This document shows, in pieces, positions 1 to 7,843 of a DNA stretch of 64,000 nt. How positions within the stretch are numbered: the stretch's first letter is position 1; each line of letters begins with the position of its first letter. The position numbers and the translations under genes are program-made. The stretch is from Candidatus Thorarchaeota archaeon. Its GTDB lineage: Archaea; Asgardarchaeota; Thorarchaeia; Thorarchaeales; Thorarchaeaceae. Where the stretch lies: NCBI GenBank assembly GCA_048882325.1, contig JBHLRS010000011.1:1-64000 (forward strand), given 5' to 3'. The notes under the pieces were generated by a model, which was given only the letters and a program-made list of their open reading frames with translations, searched no databases and was not told where the DNA came from.

Positions 1-24
1 AAGGTCTGTGTTGCTGTATTCACT

Positions 25-684
25 TTATGTCAGAGCGTAATTGCACCTGCCATTACTATATGGACACACACTACAGCTCCGAATGTCCTGAGATGGTCGA
101 GGTCTTCTCCCTTCATACCAAACCTGGTCAAGTTGTTTCAATTTTTCAAGTACACTTTTGTGATTGAATTTAGTCACGAACATCTTTCCATCTCTACAGC
201 GCCAACAGTCTTTGTTTGATTTTCGAGTCAGACATCTTTCTGCCTTGTCCTGAAGGCAGTAAATTGATACAAGCTTTGAAGAAGAGCAAGACACTCCGCT
301 CTCCATGAGGGCCAGTGCATAGAGCCCCGATTGAAAGACATCCTCCTTCCTTGCCCTTTCTGGGAGTTGTTTTACTGGAAATTTGAATTCAATTACAAAG
401 TCCAAAACTGGTTTAGTTTCCCAATGGAGGACTGCACCATCGAATCTTCCAATATAGCGATGCCCAAGAGACCTTACAGTCTCCTCCGAAAAGGAGTAGT
501 ACTGATTGGTTTTCAATTTGTTTGGCTTTAATTTGATAAACTCTGAGAACTCCCACTGCGCAGGAATTGCTTTTTTCATTTTCATTCGAATCGTAGCGAA
601 CCCAGTTTTTGGTTGAAGTACTAAGATGACCAGTATAGATAGTGTCAACGCAACCATCATAGCAAAATTGACTAACTCGCTCAT
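25..684 (-). CDS. Cas4-like PD-(D/E)XK nuclease, C-terminal part, with N-terminal transmembrane anchor
   Basis: N-terminal hydrophobic helix; GRFDG...IEFK...QxxxY RecB-like motifs; C-terminal CxxCPY-x4-C cysteine cluster typical of Cas4/AddB; no CRISPR array or cas1 in window. Confidence 0.75.
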   Translation of the reverse strand: MSELVNFAMMVALTLSILVILVLQPKTGFATIRMKMKKAIPAQWEFSEFIKLKPNKLKTNQYYSFSEETVRSLGHRYIGRFDGAVLHWETKPVLDFVIEFKFPVKQLPERARKEDVFQSGLYALALMESGVSCSSSKLVSIYCLQDKAERCLTRKSNKDCWRCRDGKMFVTKFNHKSVLEKLKQLDQVWYEGRRPRPSQDIRSCSVCPYSNGRCNYALT

Positions 685-688
685 ACTA

Positions 689-958
689 TCACCAGAGGAT
701 CCATATTAAACCAAAAACAAGGGTCACGATGATAATCAATAATGGAATCATTCGATTTTTTGAACTTTCAATCTGTTGATGACTTGGTTGCATGGCCATC
801 CGGTGATGCAATACAGTTCCTGCAACGCTCGCTGAAGAATACACATCCCCGAATCTTTGGTTCAGATGAAGTCTGTATTCACATTGAAACTGTATTCTAA
901 GCTCAGAAACCTCTCTCATCTTATGAAATGACCCTTTTTCTGCATCGGTCAATCTCAT
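689..958 (-). CDS. Small membrane protein carrying the N-terminal Cas4-type motif (S-x7-C...G-x3-H)
   Basis: SELRIQFQCEYRLHL...AGTVLHH followed by a C-terminal TM helix; ends 4 nt before the Cas4-like gene. Confidence 0.65.
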   Translation of the reverse strand: MRLTDAEKGSFHKMREVSELRIQFQCEYRLHLNQRFGDVYSSASVAGTVLHHRMAMQPSHQQIESSKNRMIPLLIIIVTLVFGLIWILW

Positions 959-1086
959 GTCTTCTCAGAGTATTGTTTCATGTGATACTACAAAAGCGCC
1001 ACACATCTGACCAAACAGTAGAGATTTACTTATTAACGAGTTTTGAGGAGGTACATCAGCAGGATTTCGCACGGAGACAAATAGTC

Positions 1087-1509
1087 ATGTCAGACGAAGC
1101 CTATGAAGGCGCAACCGCCGGAAAAGTACTAGTTTTTGATGCAAGTGAGACCGTAAAATTCCCAGCTGCCTTCAAGAACGCCATGGGAACTGGTCAAGGC
1201 CTGATGGTGCTTGTTCACAAAGACCGACTCATCAAGATATTTCCTCTTGAATCCGATGAAGTATTGTTCCTGAGTCTGGAGATTGGAAAGCTCACAAATG
1301 ATTTCTTGACCAAGCTATCACAGATTTTCAAGAAAGCAGGTCTCGTTGATCTCTTATTCTCAACAGGAGTGTGTCTCCGAGGAACAAGATGTTTCTACGA
1401 GTGCTACTTCAACCCAGGACAACTCAGTTCAGATATGTCTGAACTAGAGAGTTCCCTAAAGGTTTTAGATGGTGTTCAAAGAGTCGTAATTGAAAAGGTG
1501 TCTGTCTAA
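1087..1509 (+). CDS. Hypothetical protein, possible AbrB-like N-terminus plus ACT-like C-terminal domain
   Basis: ATG at 1087 avoids overlap with the divergent gene; C-terminus (LESSLKVLDGVQRVVIE) resembles ACT/ferredoxin-like domains. Confidence 0.5.
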   Translation: MSDEAYEGATAGKVLVFDASETVKFPAAFKNAMGTGQGLMVLVHKDRLIKIFPLESDEVLFLSLEIGKLTNDFLTKLSQIFKKAGLVDLLFSTGVCLRGTRCFYECYFNPGQLSSDMSELESSLKVLDGVQRVVIEKVSV

Positions 1510-1549
1510 ACCAGACGCGACTCTAAATGGTAGCATTGGTGTCTGAGAT

Positions 1550-2188
1550 ATGCAAAGCATTTTCCAATTCATAACAGATATGATAAGTCAAGGGTATGTC
1601 GGACTCTTCATCATTTGTTTTGCCATCAATATGATTCCATTTCTTAGTCCAAGCAACATGGTGTTGACAGGTGCGGCTGTTCTTACATTCTCAATTCTTG
1701 GACCTGTTGGAATTCCAGAGGCAATTATTATTGGTATTATCGTAGCGATAACTGCAACTCTAGCAAAATTGATACATTTCTATGTGGTACGTGGATCGCG
1801 TGTAGTACTCTCCGAAGAACGTCTGAGATCATTGGACTCAGAGAAGCAACGCGTTGAGAAATGGGGTGCAATTGCACTCTTCATTGCGGCCGCATCACCT
1901 GTTCCTGACGATCCTTTGATTGTATACGTGGGACTCACGAAGTATAACACAGTGAAATTCCTAATTAGCTACTTTACAGGAAAGGTAGCAGTGACTCTTG
2001 CTGGAGCAATCATCGCTCTCCTTGGTTTAACTCTTGGTGGTGGATTTTTCGAGTCTATGCCAATCGTAGTGGCTTCAATAGCATTGACAGCTATAATTAC
2101 CGGAATTCTATTCAAGCGAAAGACAGAGGGAGAGGAGTCTGATCTACTGCAAGACATTCTTGAGGAAGAATTGTTAGATGATGTTTGA
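1550..2188 (+). CDS. DedA/VTT (SNARE-associated) family membrane protein
   Basis: Hydrophobic; NMIPF.SP and AAASPVPDD...VGLTKY...GK motifs. Confidence 0.75.
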   Translation: MQSIFQFITDMISQGYVGLFIICFAINMIPFLSPSNMVLTGAAVLTFSILGPVGIPEAIIIGIIVAITATLAKLIHFYVVRGSRVVLSEERLRSLDSEKQRVEKWGAIALFIAAASPVPDDPLIVYVGLTKYNTVKFLISYFTGKVAVTLAGAIIALLGLTLGGGFFESMPIVVASIALTAIITGILFKRKTEGEESDLLQDILEEELLDDV

Positions 2189-2240
2189 GTGTGAGTACGG
2201 AATTCTTAAGAGGATACCCTAGAACATCTGAGTAGTTTGG

Positions 2241-2645
2241 GTGACGAAATTGGCCTCTACAAGCTCAACAGAAGTCAAATGCTCCAAGTGCAAGAGGATG
2301 TATGAAACCGACGTGATTGATCACATCGATCTATCTGAGGATCGAGATATGATTAAAGCGTTAAGGGCTGGCAAGGCGAATCGGACTCAGTGTCCGAAAT
2401 GTAAGAAAGTGATGTATCTTAAACGTAGTATAGTTGTTAACTTCGAACCAGAAAACAAGATTGTTGTGTTTGATCCCAAAGCTCGGACAAAAGCCGCCAA
2501 AGAAGAACTTCTACAGGATTTTCAAAGCGTCATATCATTCAATGAAACTCTAAGTGAAATTGGCGAAGAAACTGAATTTCTGGTCATCAGTAAGCTTGAC
2601 AAGTTTAAGTCGATGCTTGACGATTATCTCAAGGCTTACAAATAA
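2241..2645 (+). CDS. CpXC-like zinc-ribbon protein
   Basis: CSKC...CPKC pairs with CpXC-like spacing. Confidence 0.6.
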   Translation: MTKLASTSSTEVKCSKCKRMYETDVIDHIDLSEDRDMIKALRAGKANRTQCPKCKKVMYLKRSIVVNFEPENKIVVFDPKARTKAAKEELLQDFQSVISFNETLSEIGEETEFLVISKLDKFKSMLDDYLKAYK

Positions 2646-2746
2646 CGTTCCAAATTTTTGGGTCATCCTGTGAGAAACAAATAAAACCACAGACAAATTC
2701 GATTTTAGAGTACTAGTTGATTAGTCGAATCACGTAAAAAACAAGG

Positions 2747-4375
2747 TTGCACGTCAACATGAAGGCATCAACCAGCGACAATGGATTCACCGATCTTTTC
2801 CCAGTGATTGTCGCACTTTCCTGCCTTTGGTTGTCATTAGTCTTGGTTTCTGCTGCAATCTTGGTCATGAATTCTGGTTATATGGTCTATACACTGGACG
2901 ACACCTACATTCATCTAGCAATCTCTAAGAATTTGAACGAGTTCTCCATCTTTGGTGTGACTAAATACGAGTTCAGCTCTAGCTCCTCGTCACCATTTTG
3001 GAACCTGATTCTCTCAGCAACCTTTGCCCTAATTGGGATCTCTGATATCGTTCCACTGCTTCTCAATATGATTATTGCATCAGTAGCTGTAGTGATACTC
3101 TATTCAGTGCTAAAAGACACGGGTATGAGTTCTAGATACCTAACTGTTGTACTGGTATCTTTTGTCTTTTTCACCTCATTGCCAGGTCTCGTTTTCACAG
3201 GAATGGAGCACACGCTTCACGTACTTTTCTCTATCATCTTTATAGTTCTCTCTTCAAGAATCCTCTCATTTGATGAGAGCAATAATAGGCAATTTCTCTC
3301 TTTGCTGATTGTCACTCTCCTTGCTTCCGCGGTTCGCATTGAAACAGTTTTCCTAGTATTGCCAGTTGCCCTCCTGTTCTCAATGAGGAGAAAGTGGAGC
3401 TATGCTTTGTCTATCCTAGGGATTGCAGCACTACCCTGGCTTGCATATGGTATTGCATCTGTATACAATGGCTGGTTATTAATCCCGAATTCGCTACTGG
3501 TGAAAAGAGTCGATGTGATGAATGAAGGGTTCCGTTTCTTTTTCACCCGAGGTATAGGTGCAATGGTAATCTCTCCACACCTGATTGCACTAATGGCTGC
3601 TTCCATCAAATTGACTAATTCTCAAGAACTTGGATTTTGGCACTCCAACAACATGATGAGGATAATCTTTGTAATATCCTGTATGCTGCATTTTATGCTG
3701 GGGAGGGTTGGGTGGTTCTTCAGATATGAGGCCTACTTGGTAGCACTAGGAATTCTTACTGTTTCAATTCAGGGCCAACAATTCATCTCCGAATTGGATT
3801 TGAGCTCGATTAGGAATCTAAAACCAGGATTACCTTCAGAAAGGAACCGTCTATATGGATTGGTTCTGATCGTCCTATTTACAGCACCATTGGTGGGACG
3901 TGGGGTTCTATGCATCTGGCTGACTCCTACTGCCTCCAACAATATTTATGAGCAACAATATCAGATGGGGCTCTTTCTTGGTCGGTTCTACACAGGCGAG
4001 GTAGTCTTGATTAACGACATTGGTTGCGTAAACTATCTATCAGATATTGTGTGTGTGGACAAGTGGGGTATTGGTACCCTGGAAATAGGAGAAGCATTAC
4101 TCAATGGGTCGATGAGTGCGGACACGCTGCGGATAATAGCGGAGGAACGTGGTGTCAAGGTAGCAGTATTGTATGCTGATGACCTTATTCCTGAAGAGTG
4201 GGAAGAAGTTGGATATTGGACAATTCCCCACAATGTAGTAGCACGCAGTAGTACTGTGACTTTTTTTGCAGTGCTGCCATCTGAAAGAGATAGACTCATC
4301 GATAATTTGGTATTATTCTCATCGAATCTTGCTGAGGATGTCATAGAGGGTGGTCTATACACAACATTACTCTGA
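2747..4375 (+). CDS. GT-C fold multi-pass membrane glycosyltransferase-like protein
   Basis: DDTYIH after TM1; SSSSSP.W; GMEH; R.E; DIG motif; many TM helices. Confidence 0.65.
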   Translation: MHVNMKASTSDNGFTDLFPVIVALSCLWLSLVLVSAAILVMNSGYMVYTLDDTYIHLAISKNLNEFSIFGVTKYEFSSSSSSPFWNLILSATFALIGISDIVPLLLNMIIASVAVVILYSVLKDTGMSSRYLTVVLVSFVFFTSLPGLVFTGMEHTLHVLFSIIFIVLSSRILSFDESNNRQFLSLLIVTLLASAVRIETVFLVLPVALLFSMRRKWSYALSILGIAALPWLAYGIASVYNGWLLIPNSLLVKRVDVMNEGFRFFFTRGIGAMVISPHLIALMAASIKLTNSQELGFWHSNNMMRIIFVISCMLHFMLGRVGWFFRYEAYLVALGILTVSIQGQQFISELDLSSIRNLKPGLPSERNRLYGLVLIVLFTAPLVGRGVLCIWLTPTASNNIYEQQYQMGLFLGRFYTGEVVLINDIGCVNYLSDIVCVDKWGIGTLEIGEALLNGSMSADTLRIIAEERGVKVAVLYADDLIPEEWEEVGYWTIPHNVVARSSTVTFFAVLPSERDRLIDNLVLFSSNLAEDVIEGGLYTTLL

Positions 4376-4495
4376 AGAAACTCTGATTGGTCTGTTTAGG
4401 ACTACTGTCTACTCATTAATAACCAGACGGGATTGAAAACACCGGATAATCTTCCATCCGAGCAATAGAGCTTTGTCTTCTTGGACTATCAGAAG

Positions 4496-5593
4496 TTAGC
4501 TGCTTCTCTTTCCCAACAGAAACTCCTCAATCCATCTCTCAGCCCTATACATTGTGGTTGGTACAGGTGGCATCTTAAATCCATAAGCTGAGATTGACTC
4601 AAGTGAACCCGAGAGGCCTCTCCTCAAAGCAAGCTTTGTACCTCTGATGGCATCCATGAGAATTGGACCTGCATTGGGACCATCAGTGACCTCCATTCGT
4701 ATGTCAATCTTAATGGGTGCTCCACCAAACTGACGTCCATTGATATAGAAGTATGAATCCCTCGCGTTGTCCATAAAGTCCACGAAGTCTGAGGATCCTG
4801 CAACCAATGGAGCATCGTATGGTAAGTCCTGACTAATAGCTTCGCTCTTTACTCCACGTTTCCTCATTCTTCCTCTATAATGAGAGTCAAGTGACTCAGC
4901 ACCACCACCAACGTCTAGCTGATAGCTTTTATCCACTTTCACCCCTCTTGACACAAGAAGTTGGAGAATATTCCGGTGGAGTACTGTTGAGCCAAGTTGA
5001 TCCTGAATGTCATCACCGACTAGTGGTAATTCCTTCTCCTCGAACCTCTTGCTCCATTCCGGGTCTGAAGCTATTGGAATTGGTGTCCCATTGATGTATG
5101 CACAACCAGCCTCGAGTGCGGCGTTAGCATAGAACTTGGTTGCCTTCTCTGCTGAACCAGGAATCAGGTTAATGAGAATCTCCGCTCCAGAGTCATTTAG
5201 GACTTTAACAACATCAGCTTCCTTTTCTGATGAAACTTTTACGAGAGCTCTTAGCATGTCATCTACACCATCAAGTTCCTGTCCTTTCATCACCTTGATT
5301 CCGGTGCTAGGTACTTCGGAGAAACGCATTACATTGTTAGGTTTGGCAAAGATAGCCTCTGAAAGATCAAATCCAACTTTGGTGTCAGCCACATCAAAGG
5401 CTGCTACAAACTGGATGTCCTTGACGTGAAATCCTGCAAAATCAGGATGATTGAGACCAATCAACTCTTCGTCGGACTTTGCACTCTTGTAGAACTCCAC
5501 ACCCTGTACAAGAGCACTTGCACAGTTGCCAACTCCAACAATTGCGACCTTTATTCCGTTCAAATGTGCCACCTCAGGCTCTAGTCCTGCCAC
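4496..5593 (-). CDS. ino1: Myo-inositol-1-phosphate synthase family protein (divergent)
   Basis: KVAIVGVGNCASALVQG, VAAFDV, GDD..Q.G.T..HR, D.PN, FK.PP. Confidence 0.85.
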   Translation of the reverse strand: MAGLEPEVAHLNGIKVAIVGVGNCASALVQGVEFYKSAKSDEELIGLNHPDFAGFHVKDIQFVAAFDVADTKVGFDLSEAIFAKPNNVMRFSEVPSTGIKVMKGQELDGVDDMLRALVKVSSEKEADVVKVLNDSGAEILINLIPGSAEKATKFYANAALEAGCAYINGTPIPIASDPEWSKRFEEKELPLVGDDIQDQLGSTVLHRNILQLLVSRGVKVDKSYQLDVGGGAESLDSHYRGRMRKRGVKSEAISQDLPYDAPLVAGSSDFVDFMDNARDSYFYINGRQFGGAPIKIDIRMEVTDGPNAGPILMDAIRGTKLALRRGLSGSLESISAYGFKMPPVPTTMYRAERWIEEFLLGKRSS

Positions 5594-5692
5594 AACTGGA
5601 GAATTTCTTATAAGTTATTCTATGAGTATAGAATAGTTGGACATTTTAACCATGGGGGAAGCACTTATGTTGGTCTTTTACATACAATAATT

Positions 5693-5941
5693 TGGACGAT
5701 TGGTCGGACGCCCCATTGCTCTACGCATCGTCGAAAAGTCGTGGGAACGATGCGACCGCGTTGCAATGGCGTATACGAATTATCCATCTGCAGGGAAATT
5801 CGTGCTCTCACCCCCGAGGGTTCAGAGAAGTGCCTTAGCATCGTGAGGAACGGAGCGCCACTCATGTTCAAAATAACAAAAGAGGGTGGACCTCGAGCCC
5901 GCAAAATCGGGCACCAAGTCTTAGGTGTCCACAATCGTCCA
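5693..5941 (+). ncRNA. Candidate structured non-coding RNA (closing stem plus about six hairpins), family unknown
   Basis: Perfect 10-bp terminal stem 5693-5702/5932-5941; internal hairpins; G-U pairs favour + strand; lies in a 526-bp gap with no credible protein. Confidence 0.55.
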
Positions 5942-6119
5942 CCTAATTTTGCAAATTCACTGATGAGCTAAGAGTTTAAAGGGGATTGTTCCACCACGAA
6001 GAGTAGCAGTGCCCTCAATATTTAGTCGAATCACAAGCTCCAGAGTTCCAGGCACAGCTTTGCGATCCCTGAGGAAGATTCTACTTTTGAAGACCTGCAA
6101 TTTGAAGACGTGAGAGATC

Positions 6120-6620
6120 ATGGGATATCAAGAGAGAGAGCCGATTGAGGCTCAGATTTCAGAACTAAAGCCTAGAATGAAGAGTGTCAACATTTCATTC
6201 AAGGTGATTGAGAAAGGTGAAGTCAGGGAAGTAACTTCCAGAGCTGACGGAGAGCAACACCGTGTTTGTGATACGGTTGTTGGCGATAGCACTGGTCTTG
6301 TGACAGTCCCATTATGGGACACTTCAATTGATGAAATCGAGGCGGAGAAGACTTACCGTCTTGAGAACGGTTACACAACCCTGTTTCAGGGCCATCTTAG
6401 ACTCAACATTGGTCGATATGGTACTCTGAAGGAAGCTGAAGAGGCCATTGAAGAGGTCAACAATGAAGTTGACATGAGCGAGCAAGAACATGAGCGGAGA
6501 CCACGTTACGGTGGTGGCGGCCGAGGTTATGGAGGTCGAGACCGTCGTGGTGGCGGTGGTTACGGCAGCAGGGACCGTCGTGGTGGCGGTGGCTATCGCG
6601 ACAGAAGCCGAGGCTACTAA
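6120..6620 (+). CDS. ssb: Single OB-fold single-stranded nucleic acid binding protein with Gly/Arg/Tyr-rich tail
   Basis: ISELKP..V.I..KV...VGDSTG...LW...IE...ENGY...FQG.LRLNIGRYG matches crenarchaeal-type SSB; RGG/GY tail. Confidence 0.85.
   Translation: MGYQEREPIEAQISELKPRMKSVNISFKVIEKGEVREVTSRADGEQHRVCDTVVGDSTGLVTVPLWDTSIDEIEAEKTYRLENGYTTLFQGHLRLNIGRYGTLKEAEEAIEEVNNEVDMSEQEHERRPRYGGGGRGYGGRDRRGGGGYGSRDRRGGGGYRDRSRGY
6540..6592 (+). repeat. 33-bp-period coding repeat (RDRRGGGGY)
   Basis: GACCGTCGTGGTGGCGGTGG occurs at 6540 and 6573. Confidence 0.8.
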
Positions 6621-6643
6621 ATACAAACTAAACATACATTCAA

Positions 6644-6671
6644 GGCAGACGTTACACTGGTAACGTCCGCC
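6644..6671. terminator. Hairpin between convergent genes, candidate terminator
   Basis: GGCAGACGTTAC-ACTG-GTAACGTCCGCC, 12-bp stem (one G-U on minus strand); T-run downstream on +. Confidence 0.5.
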
Positions 6672-6683
6672 ATTAACTCTTTT

Positions 6684-7841
6684 TCATTTCAAACATTCAG
6701 CTAGCAAGTCGACAATATCAACCACACGAATTGAGCTGTTAATCTGTCTAACACCAGAACTTAAGTTGGTTTCACAAAACGGACAAGCAGTCACGATGAT
6801 TTGTGCGCCAACCTCCTCTGCGCTCTTCACCCTATCAGCTGCAATTCTCTTTGACAGCTCTGCATCGTAGGAACGGAGTCCTCCACCTGCACCACAGCAC
6901 ATTGCTGCTTCCCGATTTGTCTCCATCTCGACAAGCTTGGCATTTGAAATAGCTTGGATCATCTCCCGAGGTTCGTCATAAACTCCTGCTGCTCTAGAGA
7001 GATGACAAGGGTCGTGGTAGGTCACTATTATCTCGTCTTGAGATTTCAAATTGATTTTCTTCTCTTTGATAACTTCCTGAAGGATTTGTGTCACATGAAC
7101 TACCTCTGGCAGCCCAACACCCAGTTTTGGATAGTCATCCCTGAGAGTCTTTAAGCATCCTGCACAGGTAACAATAATCTTCTCTGAACCTGAATTCCTC
7201 ATGACCTCTCCAAGTTTCTCTGCATTCCTTTTCGCATCCTCAGTTTTGCCAGTACGAAGCATCACACTACCGCAGCATGGTTCTTCTTCGAGTACCATAA
7301 AATCGATACCTGCAGTCTTGAGGACTTTGGCGGCAGACACTGCAATATTGGGGAGGCGGATACCTGCTGTGCATCCGGTATAATAGAGTACCTTGCTGCT
7401 TGATGGAACCTCAAAACCAACCTCCTTGACCCAGTCTCGCTTTATGTGAGTAACCTCTTCATATGGATTATCATATTCTCTGATTTTCCTCGCAATCTCA
7501 TCACGAACCTCATTTGGAATGTCACTTAACACTGCTCTTACTTGTTCGAAGCAATCAGAGGGATTAAATTCTGCCGCACATATCTCGGTGCAGTTTCCAC
7601 ACAATGTACATGTGAAAAGTGCCTCAGCATTCTCAGAAGTCCTCTCGAGTGTACCATCAAGAAGTGCCAGAGCCACCTGAATTCGACCACGCATGAAGCT
7701 GGTTTCAAATCCGGAGGAGTTTTTCCAGACAGGGCACACGCCATCAAATCCTCTATCTTCATAGACTGCATTTCTACAGAGTCCACACCTGCGACACTGC
7801 ATCAGGTTCTCGACGAGCTCATCCAAGTCAATCTCTGTCAT
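6684..7841 (-). CDS. GlcF/HdrD-like Fe-S oxidoreductase (4Fe-4S dicluster plus two CCG domains)
   Basis: CRRCGLC, CTLCGNC...C, GC, CCG, YHDPCH, CCGAGGG, ACPFC. Confidence 0.9.
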   Translation of the reverse strand: MTEIDLDELVENLMQCRRCGLCRNAVYEDRGFDGVCPVWKNSSGFETSFMRGRIQVALALLDGTLERTSENAEALFTCTLCGNCTEICAAEFNPSDCFEQVRAVLSDIPNEVRDEIARKIREYDNPYEEVTHIKRDWVKEVGFEVPSSSKVLYYTGCTAGIRLPNIAVSAAKVLKTAGIDFMVLEEEPCCGSVMLRTGKTEDAKRNAEKLGEVMRNSGSEKIIVTCAGCLKTLRDDYPKLGVGLPEVVHVTQILQEVIKEKKINLKSQDEIIVTYHDPCHLSRAAGVYDEPREMIQAISNAKLVEMETNREAAMCCGAGGGLRSYDAELSKRIAADRVKSAEEVGAQIIVTACPFCETNLSSGVRQINSSIRVVDIVDLLAECLK

Positions 7842-7843
7842 TG

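Noticed and set aside
685-691. Selenocysteine/readthrough or sequencing frameshift joining the two Cas4 halves
   Set aside because: TGA is followed immediately by TAG, and the next gene is in another frame with its own RBS and ATG
1-1000. CRISPR-Cas locus implied by the Cas4-like gene
   Set aside because: No repeat-spacer array, cas1 or cas2 in the window; sequence left of position 1 is unseen
2747-5593. GT-C plus ino1 as a GPI-like glycolipid module
   Set aside because: Genes are convergent, with no other lipid-glycan genes adjacent
5665-5971. ORFs 5665-5934(-) and 5741-5971(+)
   Set aside because: No recognisable protein features; the dense base-pairing is better explained as structured RNA
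2721-6034. Shared 13-mer TTAGTCGAATCAC at about 2721 and 6022
   Set aside because: Chance 13-mer matches are expected in 64 kb; only two copies, upstream of unrelated genes
5693-6110. RNase P RNA, SRP RNA or cobalamin riboswitch
   Set aside because: Only fragments (GAGGAAG, AGGGAA, GGAGC) are present; the full conserved motifs and spacing are missing
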